From positions 73,531-135,703 of the forward strand of contig JAIEPK010000143.1 of the NCBI GenBank assembly GCA_019749875.1: a stretch of 62,173 nucleotides of DNA, given 5' to 3'. The translations under genes were made by a program, and so were the position numbers. The notes under the pieces were generated by a model that did no database searches, was not told where the DNA came from, and saw nothing but the letters and a program-made list of their open reading frames with translations. Origin of the DNA: Candidatus Binatia bacterium. GTDB lineage: Bacteria; Desulfobacterota; Binatia; UBA12015. Shown in pieces: positions 29,730 through 38,657 of this stretch; position 1 is the first letter of the stretch, and each line of letters starts with the position of its first letter.

Positions 29730-32213
29730 TCAGAACGCCTGGCGTGTACCGAAGAGAACCTGAAAGTTGGTCTGGTCGCGATCGAGCCGAGTCGCCAGCT
29801 CGATGTAGGCACGTCCGGGGAAGAAGCCGAGGAAATCGTACAGGGCATTGATGCCCGTCCCCGCCGCGATCGCCCAGTGCTCAGGATTCAAGGCCCTGCC
29901 GGCGGAGTCGTCGACCTGGCCCGTATCGACGAACAGCTGGAGCTGCGGACGCCGGTAGATCAGCACGTCCAGCAGATTGAAGTCGACCTCGGGGAAGACG
30001 TCCTGGCGGATCTCTGCCCGCACCAGCCCGATGTTCCGGGCGAGCTTCTCGTTCACCGACACGCCGCGCAGCGCCCGCCGGCCACCGAGGCTGTACTGCG
30101 CCTGGATGGGAACCCCTTGGTCGCTCGTCGACTCCTCGAACCCGGTCAGCAGCTCGAGTGCACCGATGGTGCGCGGGGTGCCGAGAGGCGTCGTCCCGGC
30201 GACGCGCCCGCCGAACCGGACGAAGCCGTAATCACCGCCGAAATCGGCGTCGTACCAGTCGGCGAAGAGCCGAGCTTCGCGCTGGTTGGTCGGATTGTCG
30301 TAGTCGTACACGTTCGAGTAGTCGTAGCGGACGCCGAAGCCCCCGATCTGTCCGCGATCGCGCAGCTCGGGTTCCGAGTCGTCCTTGAAGCCGCTGTCCA
30401 GCCACTGGTGATCGTAGAACGCGTACAGGTTGTGGCGGAAGGTGTTGGCGTCGTTGCGCGGTCCGAAGTGGACGCGGGGTCCGGCATTCACGCCGTAGCC
30501 GCGTTCGGTCAGGTACGGGTTGATCGCCAAGTCCTTGGTGTAGTCGCCGCGCTCGCGCGCGACGAACAGCGCCGCGAGCCCGAATTCGGTCGAGCTGACT
30601 TCGACGTCGGCGGTGTCGAGCACCAGCTGATACCGCGACCGGTCTCGTGGCGGACGCAGCGCCGGATCGACGATCACCGGCACGTCGGCGGGAAGCGGTG
30701 GCGCCAGCGCGGCATCGAGCACGCCGTCGGCCGCGGCCGGCTCTTTGCCGGTCGCGGCGCCGAGCGTGTCGACAAACGGCCTACAGGGTGAGGCGAGCTG
30801 GAGGTCCACGGCGCGTGCGAGGTCTTCGGCGCCCACGCTGCGCTCGAGTCGAGCGAACGCGAGCCGCGCCGGCGGGTGGTTTCCGGAGTAGGTGAAGACG
30901 CTCTCACGCAGGTCGTCGTCGCTCTGCGCGTTGCGGAAGAATGCCTGTACGAAGGGAACCTTCGGCGCGGTCTCGAAGCGGTCGACGATGGCGAACACGT
31001 CGAACCAGTCGATCCAGTCGTGCACCGAACGATGGTCGGGATCGATCACGTCGACGTAACGGTCGGCCAGTGCCCAGGCGACACCGTCGCCCAGCCACCT
31101 GGGCTGCATCTCCGGACAAGCGCGCATCTCGTCCCGTAACAGCTCCGCGTAGACGGCCTGTGCGACCTGCGCCTCGTGGAACGGCCGCAGCAGCTCGTGG
31201 ACCCGCATCGCACGGTCGGAGACCACGACGATGCCGTCGCTCGGCGTCGTCAGATTCCAGCGGAGCGGCACCTGTACGACCGTCAACGTCGCCGGAGCCG
31301 CGAGCGATCCGGGACGCACCTCGATCGCTCGCTGGACCGCGGTGCGAAACAGCTCGGGGGCGATCGGGCCCGGCGCGAGACGTTGCTCGCGCAGTGGGCG
31401 CGGGGCGACGAGGGTGATCGTCGTGGTGCCGGTGTTCGCGGTGGTGACGTTCGCGTCGGGCAAGGCGATCAGCGCGAATGCCCGCACCGCCCGGGCCTCG
31501 ACCTGAACGTTCGCGGGATGCGGTGCTGGGAAAACGTCGCTTCCGGCGACGAGCGTCACGTCGGGAGGTGCGGTGATCGAGGCGCTCACGTCGGCCGACG
31601 CCGGTCCGGCGGTCCACAGCCAGGTGCCGTCCGCGGCCCGCGGCACGAGATACGGGTACCAGCCCGCGACCGCGGTATCGCCGAGCTCGGTGCGGCCGAA
31701 GGGACCGTAGCGCTCCGGCAGCCGCGTGGTGAAGCCGACGACGACGGTCGTCGACGCGCCGCCTTGCAGCCCGCTCGGGAGGTCGAGCTCGAGCGTGGTT
31801 TGCGCGGGAGTCTCGTCGCGCTCGACCAGGCGATGCGTGAGCGCCGTTCCGTCCGCGGCAGCGGCCGAGTCGATGGTGATGTCGCCCGCGATGAACTCGT
31901 TCTCCGGATACACGTGCATGCGCGTGATGTCGTTCACCTCGTCGCCGTCGTGCAGAAAGCGATTCGGATACAGCTGCAGGTACACGTGCTGCAGCGGTTC
32001 GCGACCGACGTTGGTGAACGTGATCGCGACGCTGCCGCCGATCACACCCGACGCTGCATCGAGAGTCGCGGTGACCGCGTAATGCGGGAGTGGAGCACGA
32101 GCGCGCGCGGGCACCGCGGACCACAGCAGGAGCACGGTGGTGAGCATGGCGTGCGTCGTCCAGCATCGCGCGCGGCGTGTCTTGCGCCGCAAAGCGGCGA
32201 CGTGCGGGTCCAT
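29730..32213 (-). CDS. Fusion of degenerate M1 aminopeptidase-like domain and C-terminal Omp85/BamA-type beta-barrel
   Basis: N-terminal YAVTATLD..G.I.G.V.ITFTN..VYLQLYPN; degenerate HEAQV; C-terminal YSLGGRRALRG, LFVDTG, terminal Phe; start 32213 or 32147. Confidence 0.7.
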   Translation of the reverse strand: MDPHVAALRRKTRRARCWTTHAMLTTVLLLWSAVPARARAPLPHYAVTATLDAASGVIGGSVAITFTNVGREPLQHVYLQLYPNRFLHDGDEVNDITRMHVYPENEFIAGDITIDSAAAADGTALTHRLVERDETPAQTTLELDLPSGLQGGASTTVVVGFTTRLPERYGPFGRTELGDTAVAGWYPYLVPRAADGTWLWTAGPASADVSASITAPPDVTLVAGSDVFPAPHPANVQVEARAVRAFALIALPDANVTTANTGTTTITLVAPRPLREQRLAPGPIAPELFRTAVQRAIEVRPGSLAAPATLTVVQVPLRWNLTTPSDGIVVVSDRAMRVHELLRPFHEAQVAQAVYAELLRDEMRACPEMQPRWLGDGVAWALADRYVDVIDPDHRSVHDWIDWFDVFAIVDRFETAPKVPFVQAFFRNAQSDDDLRESVFTYSGNHPPARLAFARLERSVGAEDLARAVDLQLASPCRPFVDTLGAATGKEPAAADGVLDAALAPPLPADVPVIVDPALRPPRDRSRYQLVLDTADVEVSSTEFGLAALFVARERGDYTKDLAINPYLTERGYGVNAGPRVHFGPRNDANTFRHNLYAFYDHQWLDSGFKDDSEPELRDRGQIGGFGVRYDYSNVYDYDNPTNQREARLFADWYDADFGGDYGFVRFGGRVAGTTPLGTPRTIGALELLTGFEESTSDQGVPIQAQYSLGGRRALRGVSVNEKLARNIGLVRAEIRQDVFPEVDFNLLDVLIYRRPQLQLFVDTGQVDDSAGRALNPEHWAIAAGTGINALYDFLGFFPGRAYIELATRLDRDQTNFQVLFGTRQAF

Positions 32214-32285
32214 GCACCTTCGGTCGTATCGCGAATCGTCCCGACAGCGTAGACTTGCGCGCACGACCTCGGCTACATTCGTCTC

Positions 32286-33815
32286 ATGCCTGAGGTGAAC
32301 CGCGCGCCCACGCGCACGCGCACCCTGGTCCTGATGGAGCCGCCCTTCTGCTTCTGGGATCAGAGCATGGACCGACTCCGCGAGGGCGAAGAGACCATTC
32401 CCGGCATCGGCATCCTGGTCTTGGCGGCGCTCGCGCGAGAGAAGGGCTACGCGGTCCACGTCGTCGACGCGAAGCGCGCCGGCACGACCAACGAGGAGGC
32501 CGCACGCCGCATCGTCGCGCTGCAGCCGGACGTGGTGGGTCTGTCGTGCACGACGATCTCGATCACGAACGGAAGCCGCGTGGCGAAGGCGATCAAGGCA
32601 GCGCTTCCGCGCTGTACGACCATCGTCGGCGGCGCTCACGTCAGCGCGATCCCCGAGCGAACGCTGAAGGAATTCGACGCGTTCGACTACGGCATCGCGG
32701 GCGAAGGCGAGCACTCGCTGTTCGAGCTGTTGCGGCGTCTGGAGGAGGGTCGCGACGTTCGCGACGTGCCGGGCCTTGCGTACCGCGATCCCGACGCGGG
32801 CGGTGCCGTTCGCGCGAACCCGCGGGCGGCGTACGTCGAGGATCTCGACGCGCTGCCGATGCCCGCTTGGGATCTGGTCCCGAACTTCCCGCACGCGTTC
32901 GCGCCGTCGATGTTCAACTACCGGCGCAGTCCGGTGGGAACGCTCATCACCCAGCGCGGTTGTCCGTTCTCCTGCACCTTCTGCGACCGCTCGACCTCGG
33001 GCCGCCGCGGACGCTGGCATTCGGTCGAGTACGTCGTTCGCATGCTGCAGCAGATGGCGGACTACGGCGTCAAGCACATCCTTTTCTACGACGATCTGTT
33101 CACGGTCAACAAGACGCGGGTGCGGCAGCTCTGCGAGGCGATGCTCGATCACCGCCTCGACTTCACGTGGAGTTGCAACAGCCACCCGAACCTGCTCGAT
33201 GCCGACACCATGGCGCTCATGCGCCGTGCGGGCTGCTGGCAGATCGCGTACGGCATCGAGTCGGGCTCGCAGCGCGTGCTCGACCACGTCAAGCACGAAG
33301 TCAAGCTCGATCGCCTGCTCGGCACGCTGCGCATGACGCGCGCGGCGGGACTGAAGATCAAGGGTCTCATGATGTGCGCGCACCCGACGGAAACCGTCGA
33401 GAGCCTCGAGGAGACCAACCAGTTCCTGCGCAAGGCGCCGCTCGACCTCATGCAGCTCACCAAGTTCACGCCGTACCCGGGAACGCCGTCGTATCCGACG
33501 ATCCACGAGTACGGCACGTTCGTCGAGAACTGGGAGAGCATGAACGCGATGAACTTCGTGTTCGTTCCCAACGGCCTCGACGCTGCCACGCTCGAGCGGT
33601 ACTTCCACCGGATGTACCGAACCTTCTACTCGCGTCCGGACGTGCTGCTCGGGCTTGCGAAGGTGGTGCTCGAGGAGCCGCGCTTTCTCGCACGGCTGGG
33701 CGGCTACGCGAAACCGTGGGTCGGTGAGGCGATGCGTCGGATGTGGCGAACCGCGGGCGCGACACGCGTGCCGCGAGCCGGCGTCGGACCGTCGGTCACG
33801 GGACGCGCCGCCTGA
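32286..33815 (+). CDS. Cobalamin-binding radical SAM protein (class B methyltransferase-like)
   Basis: N-terminal B12-binding domain (VVGLS..T, GGAHVS), CPFSCTFC, DDLF, GIESGS. Confidence 0.92.
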   Translation: MPEVNRAPTRTRTLVLMEPPFCFWDQSMDRLREGEETIPGIGILVLAALAREKGYAVHVVDAKRAGTTNEEAARRIVALQPDVVGLSCTTISITNGSRVAKAIKAALPRCTTIVGGAHVSAIPERTLKEFDAFDYGIAGEGEHSLFELLRRLEEGRDVRDVPGLAYRDPDAGGAVRANPRAAYVEDLDALPMPAWDLVPNFPHAFAPSMFNYRRSPVGTLITQRGCPFSCTFCDRSTSGRRGRWHSVEYVVRMLQQMADYGVKHILFYDDLFTVNKTRVRQLCEAMLDHRLDFTWSCNSHPNLLDADTMALMRRAGCWQIAYGIESGSQRVLDHVKHEVKLDRLLGTLRMTRAAGLKIKGLMMCAHPTETVESLEETNQFLRKAPLDLMQLTKFTPYPGTPSYPTIHEYGTFVENWESMNAMNFVFVPNGLDAATLERYFHRMYRTFYSRPDVLLGLAKVVLEEPRFLARLGGYAKPWVGEAMRRMWRTAGATRVPRAGVGPSVTGRAA

Positions 33816-33910
33816 GCGAGCGCGCCCAGCCCGAGCCGGTCGCCGTCGTTCGACAGGCGCTGCGCGGCACCGCCGTGCACCGGGCGTTTCCAACCGATCG
33901 AGCCCCAGTC

Positions 33911-34879
33911 ATGGCCCCCTCCTCCGACACCGTCCTCGACCACGAGAGGCTGACCGAAGCAGCGCCCGATGGACTGGCGGACGCGCTCGCGCAAGGACGC
34001 TTCCGGCACGATGGCCTCTTCTGGCGTCGGCTTGCGTATCGAGGATCGGCCGAGGGGCCGGAATGGTGGAAGCGCACGTCGCCGGCGGCGATCGCGACCG
34101 TCCTGTTCGCCGCGATCCCGACCAACCGGCGCGGCGTGATCGCCAATCTCCGGCGCATCGAGGGATCGCGGGGGCCGGTCGCGGATCGTTGGAGCGCGCT
34201 CAGGACGTTCGTCCAGTTCGCGTACTGCCTCACCGAGACGCTGGAACACGCGAGCCCCTACGCGCGGCCGCTGACCGTCGACGAGCCTCCCGAGATCTCC
34301 GCGTTCGAGGCGCTGCCGCGCGACCAAGGCGTCGTCGTGCTGACCTCGCACTTCGGCAGCTGGGAAATCGCGGCCAGCCTGATGCAGCGTCTCGGCCGGC
34401 GGGTGAACGTGGTGATGGCGCGTGAGGCGAATCCATCGGTGGAGGCATTCCAGAGCTCGCTCCGCGAGCGCTGTGGCCTGCGCGTACTGCACTCGGACTC
34501 GTCTCCCTTTGCGTCGCTCAACATGCTGCAGGCGCTGCGTCGTGGCGAGATCGTGGCGATCCAGATCGATCGTTCCGCGCCCGGGCACGTCACGCGGCCG
34601 ATCGAGTTCTTCGGCGCGCCAGCCCCTTTCCAGTACGGACCCTTCGCACTCGCGCGCCTCGCCGGCGTGCCGCTCTGGCCGGTCTTCGCGGTGCGCCTCG
34701 GCACGCGACGGTATCGGATTCTTCCCGAGCCGCTGCGAACGATTCCGCGTGATGCGAGTGAGCAGGACGTGCTCGCCGTGATGCGCGACGTGGCGTGCAG
34801 CTTCGAGCGGCACGTCCGCGCCTACCCGAACCAGTGGTTCCAGTTCGCGCCCTTCTGGGACCAGCGCGCCGGCCGCTGA
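33911..34879 (+). CDS. LpxL/HtrB-family lysophospholipid acyltransferase
   Basis: SHFGSWE, QIDR, FFGAPAPF, YPNQWFQF. Confidence 0.87.
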   Translation: MAPSSDTVLDHERLTEAAPDGLADALAQGRFRHDGLFWRRLAYRGSAEGPEWWKRTSPAAIATVLFAAIPTNRRGVIANLRRIEGSRGPVADRWSALRTFVQFAYCLTETLEHASPYARPLTVDEPPEISAFEALPRDQGVVVLTSHFGSWEIAASLMQRLGRRVNVVMAREANPSVEAFQSSLRERCGLRVLHSDSSPFASLNMLQALRRGEIVAIQIDRSAPGHVTRPIEFFGAPAPFQYGPFALARLAGVPLWPVFAVRLGTRRYRILPEPLRTIPRDASEQDVLAVMRDVACSFERHVRAYPNQWFQFAPFWDQRAGR

Positions 34880-34906
34880 CGACGACCGATCGACACAGGA
34901 GGACCA

Positions 34907-35695
34907 GTGCAGCAGCTACGAATTCCTGCGACCGACCTGAGCGAGGAATGGGTGACGCCGATCGGTGCCGCCGATGCCTCGGATCTGCGCGTGATGCTGA
35001 ACCGCATGATCTACCGCGGCATGCTGTTCTCGATGGGAACCATTGCCGTTGGCCTGCACCAGGTCAGTCCGGACGCGGCATGGAGCTTCGCCAAGCTGTC
35101 GGCGCGGAATCTCGCCCTTGCGACCGGCGTCGAGGTGAAGATCGTCGGCGCGGATAACCTGCCCGACGAGCCCAGCATCATCACTCCGAATCACGCAAGC
35201 CACTTCGACATCGCGGCGCTGCTCGGATACCTGCCGGGCCACAATCGCTTCGCAGCGAAGAAGGAGCTGTTCCGCGAGCCGGTGCTGGGCGTGGTCATGA
35301 AGACGCTCGGCATGATCCCGATCGATCGCGAGGACCCCGCGCAGTCCATCGCTCTGCTGAACAAGATCGCAGCTCGGCCCGCCGGCGCGTTCTCGCTGAT
35401 CATGTTCCCCGAGGGCACACGCTCACGTGACGGGCGCATGGGTGTCTTCAAGAACGGCGCATTCACCCTCGCCCTGCAGCTCGGCCGGCCGATCGTGCCG
35501 ATCGCCATTCACGGCACGTCGAGCATCATGCCGGCGGGCAAGTACCTGTCGATCCTGCCGGGAACGGTCGTGCTCGAGGTGCTCGAGCCGGTCGAGACCA
35601 AGGGCCGCGACGTGGAGGAGCGTCTGGCACTGCGGGATCTCGTCGCGGGCCGGATCGCGGAGCGTCTGGCCGCGGCGCGCGACGCCGACGGCTGA
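34907..35695 (+). CDS. 1-acyl-sn-glycerol-3-phosphate acyltransferase (PlsC family)
   Basis: NHASHFD (HX4D), AKKELF, FPEGTRS, PIVPIAI. Confidence 0.92.
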   Translation: MQQLRIPATDLSEEWVTPIGAADASDLRVMLNRMIYRGMLFSMGTIAVGLHQVSPDAAWSFAKLSARNLALATGVEVKIVGADNLPDEPSIITPNHASHFDIAALLGYLPGHNRFAAKKELFREPVLGVVMKTLGMIPIDREDPAQSIALLNKIAARPAGAFSLIMFPEGTRSRDGRMGVFKNGAFTLALQLGRPIVPIAIHGTSSIMPAGKYLSILPGTVVLEVLEPVETKGRDVEERLALRDLVAGRIAERLAAARDADG

Positions 35696-35720
35696 GGCTT
35701 CGGTGTCGAACGGCGAGACG

Positions 35721-36488
35721 ATGCTCGATCTGCCCGCACCCAGTCGAAACGGGACGCCGCTTCCCGCGCCACCGAGCGCCGGCGACACGGGCGTCGCGGT
35801 GGGCCAACGCACCGCCGCGTTGATCCCCGCTTTCGACTGCGCGCGGACCATCGCAGACGTCGTCCGCGGTGCGGCACGGCACTGCGAGCACGTGCTCGTC
35901 GTCGACGACGGGTCGACCGACGACACGGCCGCGCACGCGCGTCAGGCCGGAGCCGAGGTGATCCGCCACGAGCTGAATCGCGGCAAGGGCGCGGCGCTGC
36001 GCAGCGGACTCATCCGACTGCTCGCGCAAGGATACACGCACGCCTTCTCGATCGACGGTGATGGCCAGCACCTCGCGAGCGAGATGCAGCGCATGCTCGA
36101 CGCGTCGCGGGCCGCACCGAACGCGATCGTGCTCGGGGCGCGGCGCATCACCGAGGATCAGCAGGTCGCACCGATCAAGCGCTTCGGCAACGACTTCGCC
36201 AACTGGTGGGTCTCGCTCGCAGCCGGTCGCGAGTTCCGCGACACCCAGACGGGCTTTCGCATCTATCCGATCGCCGCGACGCTCGAGCTCGGCGTACAGG
36301 CCGAGCGCTACCAGTTCGAGAGCGAGGTCCTGATCCTGGCTGCGCGCCGCGGCATCGACATCCAGACCTGCGAGGTGGCGGTCTTCTACCCGCCGCCCGG
36401 AGAGCGGATCAGCCACTACGATCCGTGGGTCGATACCTACCGGATCATCGTGACCGTCGTGTCTTTCTTGGTCCGCCTTCGTACTTGA
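35721..36488 (+). CDS. Glycosyltransferase family 2 (DPM-synthase-like)
   Basis: IPAFD, VVDDGSTD, NRGKGAAL, DGDGQH, DTQTGFR. Confidence 0.92.
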   Translation: MLDLPAPSRNGTPLPAPPSAGDTGVAVGQRTAALIPAFDCARTIADVVRGAARHCEHVLVVDDGSTDDTAAHARQAGAEVIRHELNRGKGAALRSGLIRLLAQGYTHAFSIDGDGQHLASEMQRMLDASRAAPNAIVLGARRITEDQQVAPIKRFGNDFANWWVSLAAGREFRDTQTGFRIYPIAATLELGVQAERYQFESEVLILAARRGIDIQTCEVAVFYPPPGERISHYDPWVDTYRIIVTVVSFLVRLRT

Positions 36489-36523
36489 CGAAGCGCGTCC
36501 GTCGCGCCAGCAACTCGTTTCGA

Positions 36524-37294
36524 TCAGTACGGCCAGTTGGTGGTGATGAGGCCGCCGTCGACCTCCATCACCTTGCCCGTCACGTAGCTGCTCGCGGGGG
36601 ACGCGAGGTAGAGCGCGGCGATCGCGATGTCCTCGACGGCGCCCAGGCGCCTCATCGGCGTCATCGCTTCCATCTTCGCGCGCAGATCCGCGTCGAGGAA
36701 CGGCGTCAGCGCCGACGTCTCCACGGAGCCCACGGCGATCGCGTTCACGCGGACGCGCGGCGCGAGCTCGATCGCGAGCTCCTTGGTCATGAACGACAGC
36801 GCCGCCTTCGCCGTCCCGTAGGCGACGAAGCCCGACATGGGTAGACGCCCCGCGGCCGAAGAGATGTTGACGATGCTGCCGCCGTCGCGCTCGAGCATGT
36901 GCGGGATCGCGAGGCGGCTCAGCAGAAACGCCGACGTCACGTTGAAGCGCAGCGCCTCCTCGAAGTACTTCTCGCTGGTCTGCAGAGCCGGCTTCGGTGG
37001 CCAGCCGCCGGCGTTGTTCACCACGACGTCGATGCGCCCGAACTCGCGCATCGTCTCCGCGACGAGGTGCTCGAGCTGGTCGCGCTGGTTGACGTCGCAG
37101 GGGATGGCGAGCGCGCGCGGGCCCATGGCGCGGACGCGCTCGGCGGTCGCGTCGATCTCGTTCCGCGAGCGCGCGCTGCAGACGACGTGAGCCCCGCATT
37201 CGGCGAAGGCGAGAGCACAGCCCTGGCCGATCCCGCGCCCGGCACCGGTGACGATGGCGACCTTGTCGTCGAGACGGAAGCGATCGAGCAACAT
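36524..37294 (-). CDS. SDR family oxidoreductase (7-alpha-HSDH-like)
   Basis: TGAGRGIG, NNAG, NISS, YGTAK, RVNAIAVG. Confidence 0.92.
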   Translation of the reverse strand: MLLDRFRLDDKVAIVTGAGRGIGQGCALAFAECGAHVVCSARSRNEIDATAERVRAMGPRALAIPCDVNQRDQLEHLVAETMREFGRIDVVVNNAGGWPPKPALQTSEKYFEEALRFNVTSAFLLSRLAIPHMLERDGGSIVNISSAAGRLPMSGFVAYGTAKAALSFMTKELAIELAPRVRVNAIAVGSVETSALTPFLDADLRAKMEAMTPMRRLGAVEDIAIAALYLASPASSYVTGKVMEVDGGLITTNWPY

Positions 37295-37373
37295 GCTCGG
37301 CACGTATCTCCGAGCGTCCGCCCAGCGCAAGGAGTGATCGACCCTTGCGGGCTCGCGGTCGTCCCGCTAAATA

Positions 37374-37403
37374 CTGAGCATGCTCAATTCTGAGCCTGCT
37401 CAG
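37374..37403. promoter_or_regulatory. Tandem palindromic operator, probably bound by the adjacent TetR
   Basis: TGAGCATGCTCA (37375-37386, perfect palindrome) and TGAGCCTGCTCA (37391-37402) at the start of tetR, in the tetR/SDR divergent region. Confidence 0.7.
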
Positions 37404-38021
37404 ATCGGCTTGCGGCAGCGCAACCGCGTCGACAAGCTCGGCCGCATCCTCGCCGCCGGGCGGGAGCTCTTCTCGCGTGACGGCTTCGACACGACGACGA
37501 CGCGGGCCATCGCGCAACGGGCCGGCATCGGTACGGGAACGCTGTTCCTCTACTTTCCCGAGAAGCGCGATCTGCTGCTGCGGCTCTTCAAGGACGACAT
37601 CGAGCCGGTGCACCGTGCGGCCGTCGCTTCGCTCGATGCCGATGCGCCCCTGCAGGACGCCGTGTTGCGGGTCTTTCGGAGCCTCTACGACTACTACGCG
37701 CGGGATCCCCATCTCTCGCGCGTGTTCCTCTCCGAGCTCGCGTTTCTCGATCCGGCGCGTGGCGCCGACCTCGCACGCTTCACCTTCGACTTCCTGCACG
37801 CCATCGCAACGTTGGTGAGCGCAGCAAAGGCACGCGGCGAGCTCGCGCGCGACGTCGATCCGCTCGCGATCGCACGGACGATGTTCCGGCTCTACTACGC
37901 CGTGCTCATCGAGTGGATCGCGGGCCTTCTTCCGTCCCCGGCCGCAGCGGAGCGCGAGCTGCGCGCGAGCCTCGACCAGCTGCTGCGCGGCATCGGGCGG
38001 CCCCGCGAGAAGAGACGATGA
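37380..38021 (+). CDS. TetR/AcrR family transcriptional regulator
   Basis: LRQRNR..K..ILAAGRELF..GFDTTT..IA..AGIGTGTLFLYF; alternative TTG start at 37410. Confidence 0.93.
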   Translation: MLNSEPAQIGLRQRNRVDKLGRILAAGRELFSRDGFDTTTTRAIAQRAGIGTGTLFLYFPEKRDLLLRLFKDDIEPVHRAAVASLDADAPLQDAVLRVFRSLYDYYARDPHLSRVFLSELAFLDPARGADLARFTFDFLHAIATLVSAAKARGELARDVDPLAIARTMFRLYYAVLIEWIAGLLPSPAAAERELRASLDQLLRGIGRPREKRR

Positions 38022-38581
38022 TCACCGACACCGACACCCTGCTCTCCGCCCGAGACCGCTACCTGCGCGACAACGGCTTCGAGTCGTCGTACGAGGAGCG
38101 CTGGGTCAAGCTCAAAGCGGGCCCGATCCCGATCTGGTTCCCGAACGCTCCCGGTCGCGTGCGGGCCGTCAAGCTGCACGACCTGCACCATCTCGTCACC
38201 GGCTACACGACGGACTGGACCGGCGAGGCGGAGATCGGCGCCTGGGAGATCGCGAGCGGCTGCGGATCGTTCGCGTGGGCGTGGCTGCTGAACCTGTCGG
38301 CGATTCCGATCGGCCTCGTACTTGCGCCGCGACGGCTGTTCCGCGCCTGGGTGCGCGGCTGCCACTCACGCAACTTCTACCACGGCCGGACCGCGGTCGA
38401 CGACGCGCTGCTCGCGCGGCACGTGACGGCGGTTCGCGCCGAGATGGGCCTCGACGCGCCGCCCACGCGCCCGACGCTCGCGGACGTCGCGACCTTCGTG
38501 CTGGCGAGCGTGGTCGCCACCGCGTTCATGCTCGCACCCACGGCCATCATCGTCGCACTGGTCGTCGCATTGCGGGCGTGA
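38018..38581 (+). CDS. Coq4-like metal-binding protein
   Basis: HDLHH-X11-E motif (HDLHHLVTGYTTDWTGE); ATGA overlap with tetR; C-terminal TM segment. Confidence 0.65.
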   Translation: MITDTDTLLSARDRYLRDNGFESSYEERWVKLKAGPIPIWFPNAPGRVRAVKLHDLHHLVTGYTTDWTGEAEIGAWEIASGCGSFAWAWLLNLSAIPIGLVLAPRRLFRAWVRGCHSRNFYHGRTAVDDALLARHVTAVRAEMGLDAPPTRPTLADVATFVLASVVATAFMLAPTAIIVALVVALRA

Positions 38582-38657
38582 GCGGACGGCGCGCGCCGCC
38601 GTTTCCATCTCTGTCGACGTCTCTCGTGAGTCGACGTCCGCGCTGGTACGGTGCCGC

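Noticed and set aside
38582-38657. GTCGACGTC direct repeat and GC palindrome before the EamA gene
   Set aside because: Short GC-rich motifs expected by chance
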